Shown: positions 26,601 through 41,600 of the stretch, one piece after another
Position numbering within the stretch: the first letter of the stretch is position 1
Layout of the letters: each line of letters opens with the position of its first letter
Assembly (NCBI GenBank): GCA_964016885.1
Contig: OZ024740.1
Span: forward strand, 13,764,001 to 13,828,000
DNA from: Eledone cirrhosa
Lineage: Eukaryota
Reading direction: 5' to 3'
Length of the DNA: 64,000 nucleotides
Notes under the pieces: model-generated
What the model was told of the DNA's origin: nothing
The model's database searches: none
Seen by the model: the letters and a program-made list of their open reading frames with translations, nothing else
Made by a program: the position numbers and the translations under genes

Positions 26601-29600
26601 TAGCTTAGCTCTACATTGACCACATCTCTCTACACAGTTGGTCTGTAGCTCTACGTTAGTCACATGTCTCTACACAGTTGGTCTGTAGCTCTACATTGAG
26701 CTTTATGTCTCTACACAGTTGTTCAGTAGCTCTACATTGACCACATGTCTCTACACAGTTGATCTGTAGCTCTACATTGACCACAAGTCTCTACACAGTT
26801 GGTCTGTAGCTCTACATTGACCACATGTCTCTTCACAGTTGGTCTGTAGCTCTCCATTGACCACATGTCTCTACACAGTTGGTCTGTAGATCTACAATGA
26901 CCTCATGTCCCAACACAGTTGTTCTGTAGCTCTATATTGGTCACATGTCTCTACACAGTTGGTCTGTAGACCTACATTAGTCACATGTCTCTACACAGTT
27001 GGCCTGTAGCTCTACATTGACCACATGTCTCTACACAGTTGGTCTGTAGCTGCTCTACATTGACCACATTTCTCTACACAGTTGGTTTGTAGCTCTACAT
27101 TAGTCACATCTTTCTACACAGTTGGTCTGTAGCTCTACATTGACCTCATGCCTCTACACAGTTGGTCTGTAGCTCTACATTAACCTTTATGTCTCTCCAC
27201 AGTTGGTCTGTAGCTCTACATTAACCTTTATGTCTCTACATAGTTGGTCTGTAGCTCTACATTGACCTCATGTCTCTACACAGTTGGTTTGTTGCTCTAG
27301 ATTGACCACATGTCTCTACACAGTTGGTCTGTAGCTTTACATTGATCACATGTCTCTACACAGTTGGTCTGTAGCTCTACATTGACCACATGTCTCTAAA
27401 CAGTTGGTCTGTAGCTTTACATTGACCACATGTCTCTACACAGTTGGTCTGTCGCTCTCCATTGACCACATGTCTCTACACAGTTGGTCTGTAACTCTAC
27501 ATTGACCACATGTCTCTACACAGTTGGTCTGTAGCTCTACATTAGTCACATGTCTCTACACAGTTGGTCTGTAGCTCTACATTGACCTCATGTCTCTAGA
27601 CAGTTGGTTTGTAGCTCTAGATTGACCACATGTCTCTACACAGTTGCTCTGTAGCTCTACATTGACGACATGTCTCTACACAGTTGGTTTGTAGCTCAAC
27701 ATTGGTCAAATGTCCCTACACAGTTGGTCTGTAGCTCTACATTGTCCACATGTCTCTACATAGTTGGTCTGTAGCTCTACATTGACCTCATGTATCTACG
27801 CAGTTGGTTTGTAGCTCTAGATTGACCACATATCTCTACACAGTTGGTCTGTAGCTTTACATTGATCACATGTCTCTACACAGTGGGTCTGTAGCTCTAC
27901 ATTGACCACATGTCTCTAAACAGTTGGTCTGTAGCTTTACATTGACCACATGTCTCTACACAGTTGGTCTGTAGCTCTCCATTGACCACATGTCTCTACA
28001 CAGTTGGTCTGTAGATCTACATTGACCACATGTCTCTACACAGTTGGTCTGTAGCTCTACATTGACCACATGTCTCTACAGAGTTGTGCTGTAGCTCTAT
28101 ATTGATCACATGTCTCTACACAGTTGTTCTGTAGATCTACATTAGTCACATGTCTCTACACAGTTGGTCTGTAGCTCTACATTGACCTCATGTCTCTACA
28201 CAGTTGGTTTGTAGCTCTACCTTGACCTTTATGTCTCTACACAGTTGGTCTGTAGCTCTACATTGACCACATGTCTCTACACAGTTGGTTTGTAGCTCTA
28301 CATTAGTAACATTTCTCTACACACTTGTTCTGTAGATCTACATTAGTCACATGTCTCTACACAGTTGGTTTGTAGATCTACATTGACCTCATATCTCTAC
28401 ACAGTTGGTCTGTAGCTCTACATTTACCTCATGTCTCTACGCAGTTGGTTTGTAGCTCTAGATAGACCACATGTCTCTACACAGTTGGTCTGTAGCTCTA
28501 CATTGACCACATGTCTCTTCACAGTTGGTTTGTAGGTCTAGATTGACCACATGTCTCTATACGGTTGGTCTGTAGCTCTACATTGACCACATGTCTCTTC
28601 ACAGTTGGTTTGTAGCTCTAGATTGACCACATGTCTCTACACAGTTGGTCTGTAGCTCTACATTGACCACATGTCCCTACACAGTTGGTCTGTAGCTCTA
28701 CATTGACCACATGTCTCAACACAGTTGTTCTGTAGCTCTATATTGATCACATGTCTCTACACAGTTGGTCTGTAGATCTACATTAGTCACATGTCTCTAC
28801 ACAGATGTTCTGTAGCTTTACATTGACCTCATGTCTCTACACAGTTGGTCTGTAGCTCTACACTGACCTCATGTCTCTACACAGTTGGTCTGTAGCTCTA
28901 TATTGATCACATGTCTCTACACAGTTGGTCTGTAGCTCTACATTGACCACATGTCTCAACACAGTTGTTTTGTAGCTCTATATTGATCACATGTCTCTAC
29001 ACAGTTAGTCTGTAGATCTACATTAGTCACATGTCTCTACGCAGTTGGTCTGTAGCTTTACATTGACCTCATGTCTCTACACAGTTGTTTTGTAGCTCTG
29101 GATTGAACACATGTCTCTACACAGTTGGTCTGTAGCTCTACATTGACCACATGTCTCTACACAGCTGGTCTGTAGCTCTACATTCGTCACATGTCCCTAC
29201 ACAGTTGGTCTCTAGCTCTAGATTGACCACATGTCTCTACACAGTTGGTCTGTAGCTCTACATTAGTCACATGTCTCTACACAGTTGGTCTGTAGCTCTA
29301 AATTGACCTTTATGTCTCTACACAGTTGGTCTGTAGCTCTACATTGACCACACGTCTCTACACAGTTGGTCTGTAGCTCTATATTGATAACATGTCTGTA
29401 CACAGTTGGTCTGTAGCTCTACATTGACCACATGTCTCAACACAGTTGTTCTGTAGCTCTATATTGATCACATGTCTCTACACAGTTGGTCTGTAGATCT
29501 ACATTAGTCACATGTCTTTACACAGTTGGTCTGTAGCTTTACATTGACCTCATGTCTCTACACTGTTGGTCTGTAGCTCTACATTGACCTCATGTCTCTA

Positions 29601-32600
29601 CACAGTTGTTTTGTAGCTCTGGATTGAACACATGTTTCTACACAGTTGGTCTGTAGCTCTCCATTGGTCACATGTCCCTACACAGTTGGTCTCTAGCTTA
29701 GCTCTACATTGACCACATCTCTCTACACAGTTGGTCTGTAGCTCTACGTTAGTCACATGTCTCTACACAGTTGGTCTGTAGCTCTACATTGAGCTTTATG
29801 TCTCTACACAGTTGTTCAGTAGCTCTACATTGACCACATGTCTCTACACAGTTGATCTGTAGCTCTACATTGACCACAAGTCTCTACACAGTTGGTCTGT
29901 AGCTCTACATTGACCACATGTCTCTTCACAGTTGGTCTGTAGCTCTCCATTGACCACATGTCTCTACACAGTTGGTCTGTAGATCTACAATGACCTCATG
30001 TCCCAACACAGTTGTTCTGTAGCTCTATATTGGTCACATGTCTCTACACAGTTGGTCTGTAGACCTACATTAGTCACATGTCTCTACACAGTTGGCCTGT
30101 AGCTCTACATTGACCACATGTCTCTACACAGTTGGTCTGTAGCTGCTCTACATTGACCACATTTCTCTACACAGTTGGTTTGTAGCTCTACATTAGTCAC
30201 ATCTTTCTACACAGTTGGTCTGTAGCTCTACATTGACCTCATGCCTCTACACAGTTGGTCTGTAGCTCTACATTAACCTTTATGTCTCTCCACAGTTGGT
30301 CTGTAGCTCTACATTAACCTTTATGTCTCTACATAGTTGGTCTGTAGCTCTACATTGACCTCATGTCTCTACACAGTTGGTTTGTTGCTCTAGATTGACC
30401 ACATGTCTCTACACAGTTGGTCTGTAGCTTTACATTGATCACATGTCTCTACACAGTTGGTCTGTAGCTCTACATTGACCACATGTCTCTAAACAGTTGG
30501 TCTGTAGCTTTACATTGACCACATGTCTCTACACAGTTGGTCTGTCGCTCTCCATTGACCACATGTCTCTACACAGTTGGTCTGTAGCTCTACATTGACA
30601 ACATGTCTCTACACAGTTGGTCTGTAGCTCTACATTGACCCCATGTCTCTACTCAGTTGTTCTGAAGCTCTATATTGATCACATGTCTCTACAAATTTGG
30701 TCTGTAGATCTACATTAGTCACATGTCTCTACACAGTTGGTCTTTAGCTCTACATTGACCACAAGTCTCTACACAGTTGGTCTGTAGCTCTACATTGACC
30801 ACATGTCTCTACACAGTTGGCCTGGAGCTTTACATTAGTCACATGTCTCTACACAGTTAGTCTGTAGCTCTACATTAACCAGATGTCTCTACATAGTTGG
30901 TCTGTAGCTCTACATTGACCTCATGTCTCTACACAGTTGGTTTGTATCTCTAGATTGACCACACGTCTCTACACAGTTTCTCTGTAGCTCTACATTGACC
31001 ACATGTCTCTACACAGCTGGTCTGTAGCTCTACGTTAGTCACATGTCTCTACACAGTTGGTCTGTAGCTCTACATTGACCTCATGTCTCTACACAGTTGG
31101 TCTGTAGCTCTACATTGACCTCATGTCTCTACACAGTTGGTCTGTAGCTCTACATTCACCTGTATGTCTCTACACAGTTGGTCTGTAGCTCTACATTGAC
31201 CACATGTCTCTACACAGTTGGTCTGTAGCTCTACATTGACCACATGTCTCTACACAGTTGGTCTGTAGCACTACATTGATCACATGTTTCTACACAGTTG
31301 GTCTGTAGCTCTACATTGGTCACATGCCTCTACACAGTTGGTCTGTAGCTCTACGTTGGTCACATGTCTCTACACATTTGGTCTGTAGCTCTACATTGAC
31401 CTCATGTCTCTACACAGTTGGTCTGTAGCTCTACACTGACCACATATCTCTACACAGTTGGTATGTAGCTCTACATTGACCACTTGTCTCTACACAGTTG
31501 GTCTGCAGCTCTACATTGACCACATGTCTCTACACAGCTGGTATGTAGCTCTACATTGGTCACATGTCTCTACACAGTTGGTCTGTAGCTCTACATTGAC
31601 CACATGTCTCTGCACAGCTGGTCTGTAGCTCTACATTGGTCACATGTCTCTACACAGTTGGTCTGTAGCTCTACATTGTCCACTTGTCTCTACGCAGTTG
31701 GTTTGTTGCTCTAGATTGACCACATGTCACTACACAGTTCGTCTGTAGCTCTACATTGACCACATGTCTCTACACAGTTGGTCTGTAGCTCTACATTGAC
31801 CACATGTCTCTACACAGTTGGTCTGTAACTCTACATTGACCACATGTCTCTACACAGTTGGTCAATAGCTCTACATTAGTCACATGTCTCTACACAGCTG
31901 GTCTGTAGCTCTACATTGGTGTCATGTCTCTACACGGTTGGTCTGTAGCTCTACATTGTCCACATGTCTCTACACAGTTGGTCTGTAGCTCTACATTGAC
32001 CTTTATGTCTCTACACAGTTGGTCAGTATCTCTACATTGACCACATGTCTCTACACAGTTGGTCTGTAGCTTTACATTGACCTCATGTCTCTACACAGTT
32101 GGTCTGTAGCTCTACATTGACCTCATGTCTCTACACAGTTGTTTTGTAGCTCTGGATTGAACACATGTCTCTACACAGTTGGTCTGTAGCTCTCCATTGG
32201 TCACATGTCCCTACACAGTTGGTCTCTAGCTGTAGATTGACCACATGTCTCTACACAGTTGGTCTGTAGCTCTACGTTAGTCACATGTCTCTACACAGTT
32301 GGTCTGTAGCTCTACATTGAGCTTTATGTCTCTACACAGTTGTTCTGTAGCTCTACATTGACCACATGTCTCTACACAGTTGATCTGTAGCTCTACATTG
32401 ACCACAAGTCTCTACACAGTTGGTCTGTAGCTCTACATTGACCACATGTCTCTTCACAGTTGGTCGGTAGCTCTCCATTGACCACATGTCTCTACACAGT
32501 TGGTCTGTAGATCTACAATGACCTCATGTCTCAACACAGTTGTTCTGTAGCTCTATATTGGTCACATGTCTCTACACAGTTGGTCTGTAGATCTACATTA

Positions 32601-35600
32601 GTTACATGTCTCTACACAGTTGGCCTGTAGCTCTACATTGACCACATGTCTCTACACAGTTGGTCTGTAGTTGCTCTACATTGACCACACGTCTCTAGAC
32701 AGTTGGTCTCTAGCTCTACATTGACCTCATGTCTCTACGCAGTTGGTTTGTTGCTCTAGATTGAACACATGTCTCTACACAGTTGGTCTGTAGCTTTACA
32801 TTGATCACATGTCTCTACACAGTTGGTCTGTAGCTCTACATTGACCACATGTCTCTAAACAGTTGGTCTGTAGCTTTACATTGACCACATGTCTCTACAC
32901 AGTTGGTCTGTAGCTCTCCATTGACCACATGTCTCTACACAGTTGGTCTGTAGCTCTACATTGACAACATGTCTCTACACAGTTGGTCTGTAGCTCTACA
33001 TTGACCACATGTCTCTACACAGTTGTTCTGAAGCTCTATATTGATCACATGTCTCTACACAGTTGGTCTGTAGCTCTACATTGACAACATGTCTCTACAC
33101 AGTTGGTCTGTAGCTCTACATTGACCACATGTCTCTACACAGTTGTTCTGAAGCTCTATATTGATCACATGTCTCTACAAAGTTTGTCTGTAGATCTACA
33201 TTAGTCACATGTCTCTACACAGTTAGTCTGTAGCTCTACATTAACCAGATGTCTCTACATATTTGGTCTCTAGCTCTACATTGACTACATGTCTCTACAC
33301 AGTTGGTCTGTAGCTCTACATTGACCTCATGTCTCTACACAGTTGGTTTGTATCTCTAGATTGACCACGCGTCTCTACACAGTTTCTCTGTAGCTCTACA
33401 TTGACCACATGTCTCTACACAGCTGGTCTGTAGCTCTACGTTAGTCACATGTCTCTACACAGTTGGTCTGTAGCTCTACATTGACCTCATGTCCCTACAC
33501 AGTTGGTCTGTAGCTCTACATTGACCTCATGTCTCTACACAGTTGGTCTGTAGCTCTACATTCACCTGTTTGTCTCTACACAGTTGGTCTGTAGCTCTAC
33601 ATTGACCACATGTCTCTACACAGTTGGTCTGTAGCTCTACATTGACCTCATGTCTCTACGCAGTTGGTTTGTTGCTCTAGATTGACCACATGTCTCTACA
33701 CAGTTGGTCTGTAGCTTTACATTGACCACATGTCTCTACACAGTTCGTCTGTAGCTCTACATTGACCACATGTCTCTACACAGTTGGTCTGTAGCTCTAC
33801 ATTGACCACATGTCTCTACACAGTTGGTCTGTAACTCTACATTGACCACATGTCTCTACACAGTTGGTCAATAGCTCTACATTAGTCACATGTCTCTACA
33901 CAGCTGGTCTGTAGCTCTACATTGGTGTCATGTCTCTACACGGTTGGTCTGTAGCTCTACATTGTCCACATGTCTCTACACAGTTGGTCTGTAGCTCTAC
34001 ATTGACCTTTATGTCTCTACACAGTTGGTCAGTATCTCTACATTGACCACATGTCTCTACACAGTTGGTCTGTAGCTTTACATTGACCTCATGTCTCTAC
34101 ACAGTTGGTCTGTAGCTCTACATTGACCTCATGTCTCTACACAGTTGTTTTGTAGCTCTGGATTGAACACATGTCTCTACACAGTTGGTCTGTAGCTCTC
34201 CATTGGTCACATGTCCCTACACAGTTGGTCTCTAGCTGTAGATTGACCACATGTCTCTACACAGTTGGTCTGTAGCTCTACGTTAGTCACATGTCTCTAC
34301 ACAGTTGGTCTGTAGCTCTACATTGACCACATGTCTCTACACAGTTGTTCTGAAGCTCTATATTGATCACATGTCTCTACAAAGTTTGTCTGTAGATCTA
34401 CATTAGTCACATGTCTCTACACAGTTAGTCTGTAGCTCTACATTAACCAGATGTCTCTACATATTTGGTCTCTAGCTCTACATTGACTACATGTCTCTAC
34501 ACAGTTGGTCTGTAGCTCTACATTGACCTCATGTCTCTACACAGTTGGTTTGTATCTCTAGATTGACCACGCGTCTCTACACAGTTTCTCTGTAGCTCTA
34601 CATTGACCACATGTCTCTACACAGATGGTCTGTAGCTCTACGTTAGTCACATGTCTCTACACAGTTGGTCTGTAGCTCTACATTGACCTCATGTCCCTAC
34701 ACAGTTGGTCTGTAGCTCTACATTGACCTCATGTCTCTACACAGTTGGTCTGTAGCTCTACATTCACCCGTTTGTCTCTACACAGTTGGTCTGTAGCTCT
34801 ACATTGACCACATGTCTCTACACAGTTGGTCTGTAGCTCTACATTGACCACATGTCTCTACACAGTTAGTCTGTAGCTCTGCATTGACCACATGTCTCTA
34901 CACAGTTGGTCTGTAGCACTACATTGATCACATGTTTCTACACAGTTGGTCTGTAGCTCTACATTGGTCACATGCCTCTACACAGTTGGTCTGTAGCTCT
35001 ACGTTGGTCACATGTCTCTACACATTTGGTCTGTAGCTCTATATTGACCTCATGTATCTACACGGTTGGTCTGTAGCTCTACATTGACCACATGTCTCTA
35101 CACAGTTGGTCTGCAGCTCTACATTGACCACATGTCTCTACACAGTTGGTCTGTAGCTCTACATTGACCACATGTCTCTGCACAGCTGGTCTGTAGCTCT
35201 ACATTGGTCACATGTCTCTACACAGTTGGTCTGTAGCTCTACATTGTCCACTTGTCTCTACAAAGTTGGTCTGTAGCTGTACATTGACCTTTATGTCTCT
35301 ATACAGTTGGTCTGTAGCTCTACATTGACCACATGTCTCTACACAGTTGGTCTGTAGATCTACATTGACCACATGTCTCTACACAGTTGGTCTGTAGCTC
35401 TACATTGACCACATGTCTCTACACAGTTGGTCTGCAACTCTACATTGACCACATGTCTCTACACAGTTGGTCAATAGCTCTACATTTTCACATGTCTCTA
35501 CACAGTTGGTCTGTAGCTCTACATTAGTCACATGTCTCTACACAGTTGGTCTGTAGGTCTACATTAACCAGATGTCTCTACATAGTTAGTCTGTAGATCT

Positions 35601-38600
35601 ACATTAGTCACATGTCTCTACACAGTTGGTCTGTAGCTCTACATTGACCTTTATGTCTCTACACAGTTGGTCAGTATCTCTACATTGACCACATGTCTCT
35701 ACACAGTTCGTCTGTAGCTCTACATTTACCACATGTCTCTACACAGTTGGTCTGTAACTCTACATTGACCACATGTCTCTACACAGTTGGTCTGTAGCTT
35801 TACATTAGTCACATGTCTCTACACAGTTAGTCTGTAGCTCTACATTAACCAGATGTCTCTACATAGATGGTCTGTAGCTCTACATTGACTACATGTCTCT
35901 ACACAGTTGGTCTGTAGCTCTACATTAGTCACATGTCTCTACACAGTTGGTCTGTAGCTCTACATTGACCTCATGTCTCTAGACAGTTGGTTTGTAGCTC
36001 TAGATTGACCACATGTCTCTACACAGTTGCTCTGTAGCTCTACATTGACGACATGTCTCTACACAGTTGGTTTGTAGCTCTACATTGGTCACATGTGCCT
36101 ACACAGTTGGTCTGTATCTCTATATTGTCCACATGTCTCTACATAGTTGGTCTGTAGCTCTACATTGACCTCATGTATCTACGCAGTTGGTTTGTAGCTC
36201 TAGATTGACCACATGTCTCTACACAGTTGGTCTGTAGCTTTACATTGATCACATGTCTCTACACAGTGGGTTTGTAGCTCTACCTTGACCTTTATGTCTC
36301 TACACAGTTGGTCTGTAGCTCTACATTGACCACATGTCTCTAAACAGTTGTGCTGTAGCTCTATATTGATCACATGTCTCTACACAGTTGTTCTGTAGAT
36401 CTATATTAGTCACATGTCTCTACACAGTTGGTCTGTAGCTCTACATTGACCTCATGTCTCTACACAGTTGGTTTGTAGCTCTACCTTGACCTTTATGTCT
36501 CTACACAGTTGGTCTGTAGCTCTACATTGATCACATGTCTCTACACAGTTGGTCTCAAGCGCTATATTGATCACATGTCCCTACACAGTTGGTCTGTAGC
36601 TCTACATTGACCACATGTCTCTACACAGTTGGTATGTAGCTCTACATTGACCTTTATGTCTCTACACAGTTGGTCTGTAGCTCTACATTGACCACACGTC
36701 TCTATACAGTTGGTCTGTAGCTCTACATTGACCACACGTCTCTACACAGTTGGTTTGTAGCTCTATATTGATCACATGTCTCTACACATTTGGTTTGTAG
36801 CTCTAGATTTAACACATGTCTCTACACAGTTGGTCTGTAGCTCTACATTGACCACATTTCTCTACACAGTTGGTCTGTAGCTCTACATTGGTCACATGTC
36901 CCTACACAGTTGGTCTGTAGCTCTAGATTGACGACATGTCTCTACACAGTTGGTCAGTAGCTCTACATTGACCTTTATGTCTCTACACATTTGGTCTGTA
37001 GCTCTACATTGACCACATGTCTCTACACAGTTGGTCTGTAGCTCTACATTGACCACACGTCTCTACACAGTTGGTCTGTAGCTCTATATTGATCACATGT
37101 CTCTACACAGTTGGTCTTTAGCTCTACATTATTCACATTTCTCTACACAGTTGGTCTGTAGCTCTAAATTGACCTCATGTCTCTACACAGTTGGTTTGTA
37201 GCTCTCCATTGACCACATGTCTCTACACAGTTGGTCTGGAGCTCTACATTGACCAAATGTCTCTACACAGTTGGTTTGTAGCTCTAGATTGACCACATGT
37301 CTCTACATAGTCGGTTTCCAGCTCTACATTGACCACATGTCTCTACACAGACAGTTTGTAGCTCTAGATTGACCACATGTCTCTACACAGTTGGTCTGTA
37401 GCTCTACATTGACCACATATCCCTACACAGTTGGTCTGTAGCTCTACATTAACCACATGTCTCTACACAGTTGGTCTGTAGCTCTACATTGACCACATGT
37501 CTCTTCACAGATGGTTTGTAGCTGTAGATTAACCACATGTCTCTACACAGTTGGTCTGTAGCTCTACATTGACCACATGTCCCTACACAGTTGGTCTATA
37601 GCTTTACATTGATCACATGTCTCTACACAGTTGGTCTGTAGCTCTACATTGACCACATGTCTCTAAAAAGTTGGTCTGTAGCTCTACATTGACCACATGT
37701 ATCTAGACAGTTGGTCTGTAGCTCTCCATTGACCACATGTCTCTACACAGTTGGTCTGTAGCTCTACATTGACCACATGTCTCAACACAGTTGTTCTGTA
37801 GCTCTATATTGATCACATGTCTCTACACAGTTGGTCTGTAGATCTACATTAGTCACATGTCTCTACACAGTTGGTCTGTAGCTCTACATTGACCACATGT
37901 CTCTACACAGCTTGTCTGTAGCTCTACATTGGTCACATGTCCCTACACAGTTGGTCTCTAGCTCTAGACTGACCACATGTCTCTACACAGTTGGTCTGTA
38001 GCTCTACATTGACTACACGTCTCTACACAGTTGGTCTGTAGCTCTACATTGACCACATGCCTCTACACAGTTGGTCTGTAGATATACATTGACCACATGT
38101 CTCAACACAGTTGTTCTGTAGCTCTATATTGATCACATGTCTCTACACATTTGGTCTGTAGATCTACATTAGTCACATGTCTCTACACAGTTGGTCTGTA
38201 GCTTTACATTGACCTCATGTCTCTACACAGTTGGTCTGTAGCTCTACATTGACCACACGTCTCTAAACAGTTGGTCTGTAGCTCTACATTGACCACACGT
38301 CTCTAGACAGTTGGTCTGTAGCTCTACATTGACCACATGTCTCTACACAGCTGGTCTATAGCTCTACATTGGTCACATGTCCCTACACAGTTGGTCTCTA
38401 GCTCTAGATTGACCATATGTCTCTACACAGTTGGTCTGTAGCTCTACATTAGTCACATGTCTCTACACAGTTGGTATGTAGCTCTACATTGACCTTTATG
38501 TCTCTACACAGTTGGTCTGTAGCTCTACATTGAACACATGTCTCTATACAGTTGGTCTGTAGCTCTACATTGACCACACGTCTCTACACAGTTGGTCTGT

Positions 38601-41600
38601 AGCTCTATATTGATCACATGTCTCTACACGGTTGGTCTGTAGCTCTACATTGACCACATGTCTCAACACAGTTGTTCTGTAGCTCTATATTGATCACATC
38701 TCTCTACACAGTTGGTTTGTAGCTCTAGATTGAACACATGTCTCTACGCAGTTGGTCTCTAGCTCTAGATTGACGACATGTCTCTACACAGTTGGTCTGT
38801 AGCTCTACATTGACCTTTATGTCTCTACACAGTTGGTCTGTAGCTCTACATTGACCACACGTCTCTACACAGTTGGTCTGTAGCTCTATATTGATCACAT
38901 GTCTCTACACAGTTGGTCTGTAGCTCTACATTTTTCACATTTCTCTACACAGTTGGTCTGTAGCTCTACATTGACCCCATGTCTCTACACAGTTGGTCTG
39001 TAGCTCTACATTGACCAAATGTCTCTACACAGTTGGTTTGTAGCTCTAGATTGACCACATGTCTCTACATAGTCGATCTCCAGCTCTCCATTGACCACAT
39101 GTCTCTACACAGATAGTTTGTAGCTCTAGATTGACCACATGTCTCTACACAGTTGGTCTGTAGCTCTACATTGACCACATATCCCTACACAGTTGGTCTG
39201 TAGCTCTAGATTAACCACATGTCTCTACACAGTTGCTCTGTAGCTCTACATTAGTCACATGTCTCTACACAGTTGGTCTGTAGCTGTACATTGACCTCAT
39301 GTCTCTACACATTTGGTCTGTAGCTCTACACTGACCTTTATGTCTCTACACAGTTGGTCTCTAGCTCTACATTGACCACATGTCTCTACACAGTTGGTCT
39401 GTAGCTCTACATTGACCACATGTCTCTACACAGTTCGTCTGTAGCTCTATATTGATCACATGTCTCTATACAGTTGGTTTGTAGCTCTCCATTGACTACA
39501 TGTCTCTACACAGTTGGTCTGTAGCTCTACATTGACCACACGTCTCTACACAGTTGGTTTGTAGCTCTAGATTGACAACATGTCTCTACACAGTTGGTCT
39601 GTAGCTCTACATTGACCACATGTCCCTACACATCTGGTATGTAGCTTTACATTGATCACATGCCTCTACACAGTTGGTCTGTAGCTCTACATTGACCACA
39701 TGTCTCTACACAGTTGGTCTGTAGCTCTCCATTGACCACATGTCTCTACAAATTTCGCCTGTTGCTCTACATTGACCACATGTCTCTACACAGTTGTTCT
39801 GTAGCTATATATTGATCACATGTCTCTACACAGTTGGTCTGTAGCTCTACATTGTCCTCATGTCTCTACACAGTTGGTTTGTAGCTCTAGATTGACCACA
39901 TGTCTCTACACAGTTGGTCTGTAGCTCTACATTGACCTCATGTCTCTACACAGTTGGTTTGTAGCTCTACATTGACCAGATGTCCCTATATAGTCGGTCT
40001 GTAACTTTACATTGATCACATGTCTCTACACAGTTGGTCTGTAGCTCTACATTGACCACATGTCTCTACACCGTTGGTCTGTAGCTTTACATTGACCTCG
40101 TGTCTCTACACAGTTGGTCTGTAGCTCTACATTGACCTCATGTCTCTACACAGTTGGTCTGTATCTCTACATTGACCACATGTCTCTACACAGTTGGTTT
40201 GTAGCTCTAGATTCACCACATGTCTCTACACAGTTGGTTTGTAGCTATACATTGAACACATGTCTCTACACTGTTGGTCTGTAGCTCTACATTGACCACA
40301 TGTCTCTGCACAGTTGGTCTGTAGCTCTCCATTGACCACATGTCTCTACACAGTTAGTCTGCAGCTCTACATTGACCACATGTCTCTACACAGTTGTTCT
40401 GTAGCTCTATATTGATCACATGTCTCTACACAGTTGGTCTGTAGCTCTACATTAGTCACATGTCTCTACACAGTTGGTCTGTAGCTCTACATTGACCTCA
40501 TGTCTCTACACAGTTGGTCTGTAGCTCTACATTGACCTCATGCCTCTACACAGTTGGTTTGTAGCTCTAGATTGACCACATGTCTCTACACATTTGGTCT
40601 GTAGCTCTACATTGACCACATGTCTCTACACATTTGGTTTGTAGCTCTAGATTGACCACATGTCTCTACACAGTTGGTCTCTAGCTCTACATTGACCACA
40701 TGTCTCTACACAGTTGGTTTGTAGCTCTAGATTGACCACTTGCCTCTACACAGTTGGTGTGTAGCTCTACATTGACCTCATGTCTCTACACAGTTGGTCT
40801 GTAGCTCTACATTGACCACATGTCTCTACACAGTTGGTCTGTAGCTGTACATTGACCTCATGTCTCTACACAGTGTGTCTGTAGCTCTACACAGTTGGTT
40901 TGTAACTCTAGATTGACCACATGTCTCTACACAGTTGTTCTGTAGCTCTACATTGACCTCATGTCTCTACACCGTTGGTTTGTAGCTCTACATTGACCAC
41001 ATGTCTCTACACAGTTCGTCTGTAGCTCTATATTGATCACATGTCTCTATACAGTTGGTTTGTAGCTCTCCATTGACTACATGTCTCTACACAGTTGGTC
41101 TGTAGCTCTACATTGACCACACGTCTCTACACCGTTGGTTTGTAGCTCTACATTGACCACATGTCTCTACACAGTTCGTCTGTAGCTCTATATTGATCAC
41201 ATGTCTCTATACAGTTGGTTTGTAGCTCCCCATTGACTACATGTCTCTACACAGTTGGTCTGTAGCTCTACATTGACCACACGTCTCTACACAGTTGGTT
41301 TGTAGCTCTAGATTGACAACATGTCTCTACACAGTTGGTCTGTAGCTCTATATTGACCACATGTCCCTACACAGTTGGTATGTAGCTTTACATTGATCAC
41401 ATGCCTCTACACAGTTGGTCTGTAGCTCTACATTGACCACATGTCTCTACACAGTTGGTCTGTAGCTCTACATTGACCACATGTCTCTAAAGAGTTGGTC
41501 TGTAGCTCTCCATTGACCACATGTCTCTACAAATTTCGCCTGTTGCTCTACATTGACCACATGTCTCTACACAGTTGTTCTATAGCTATATATTGATCAC

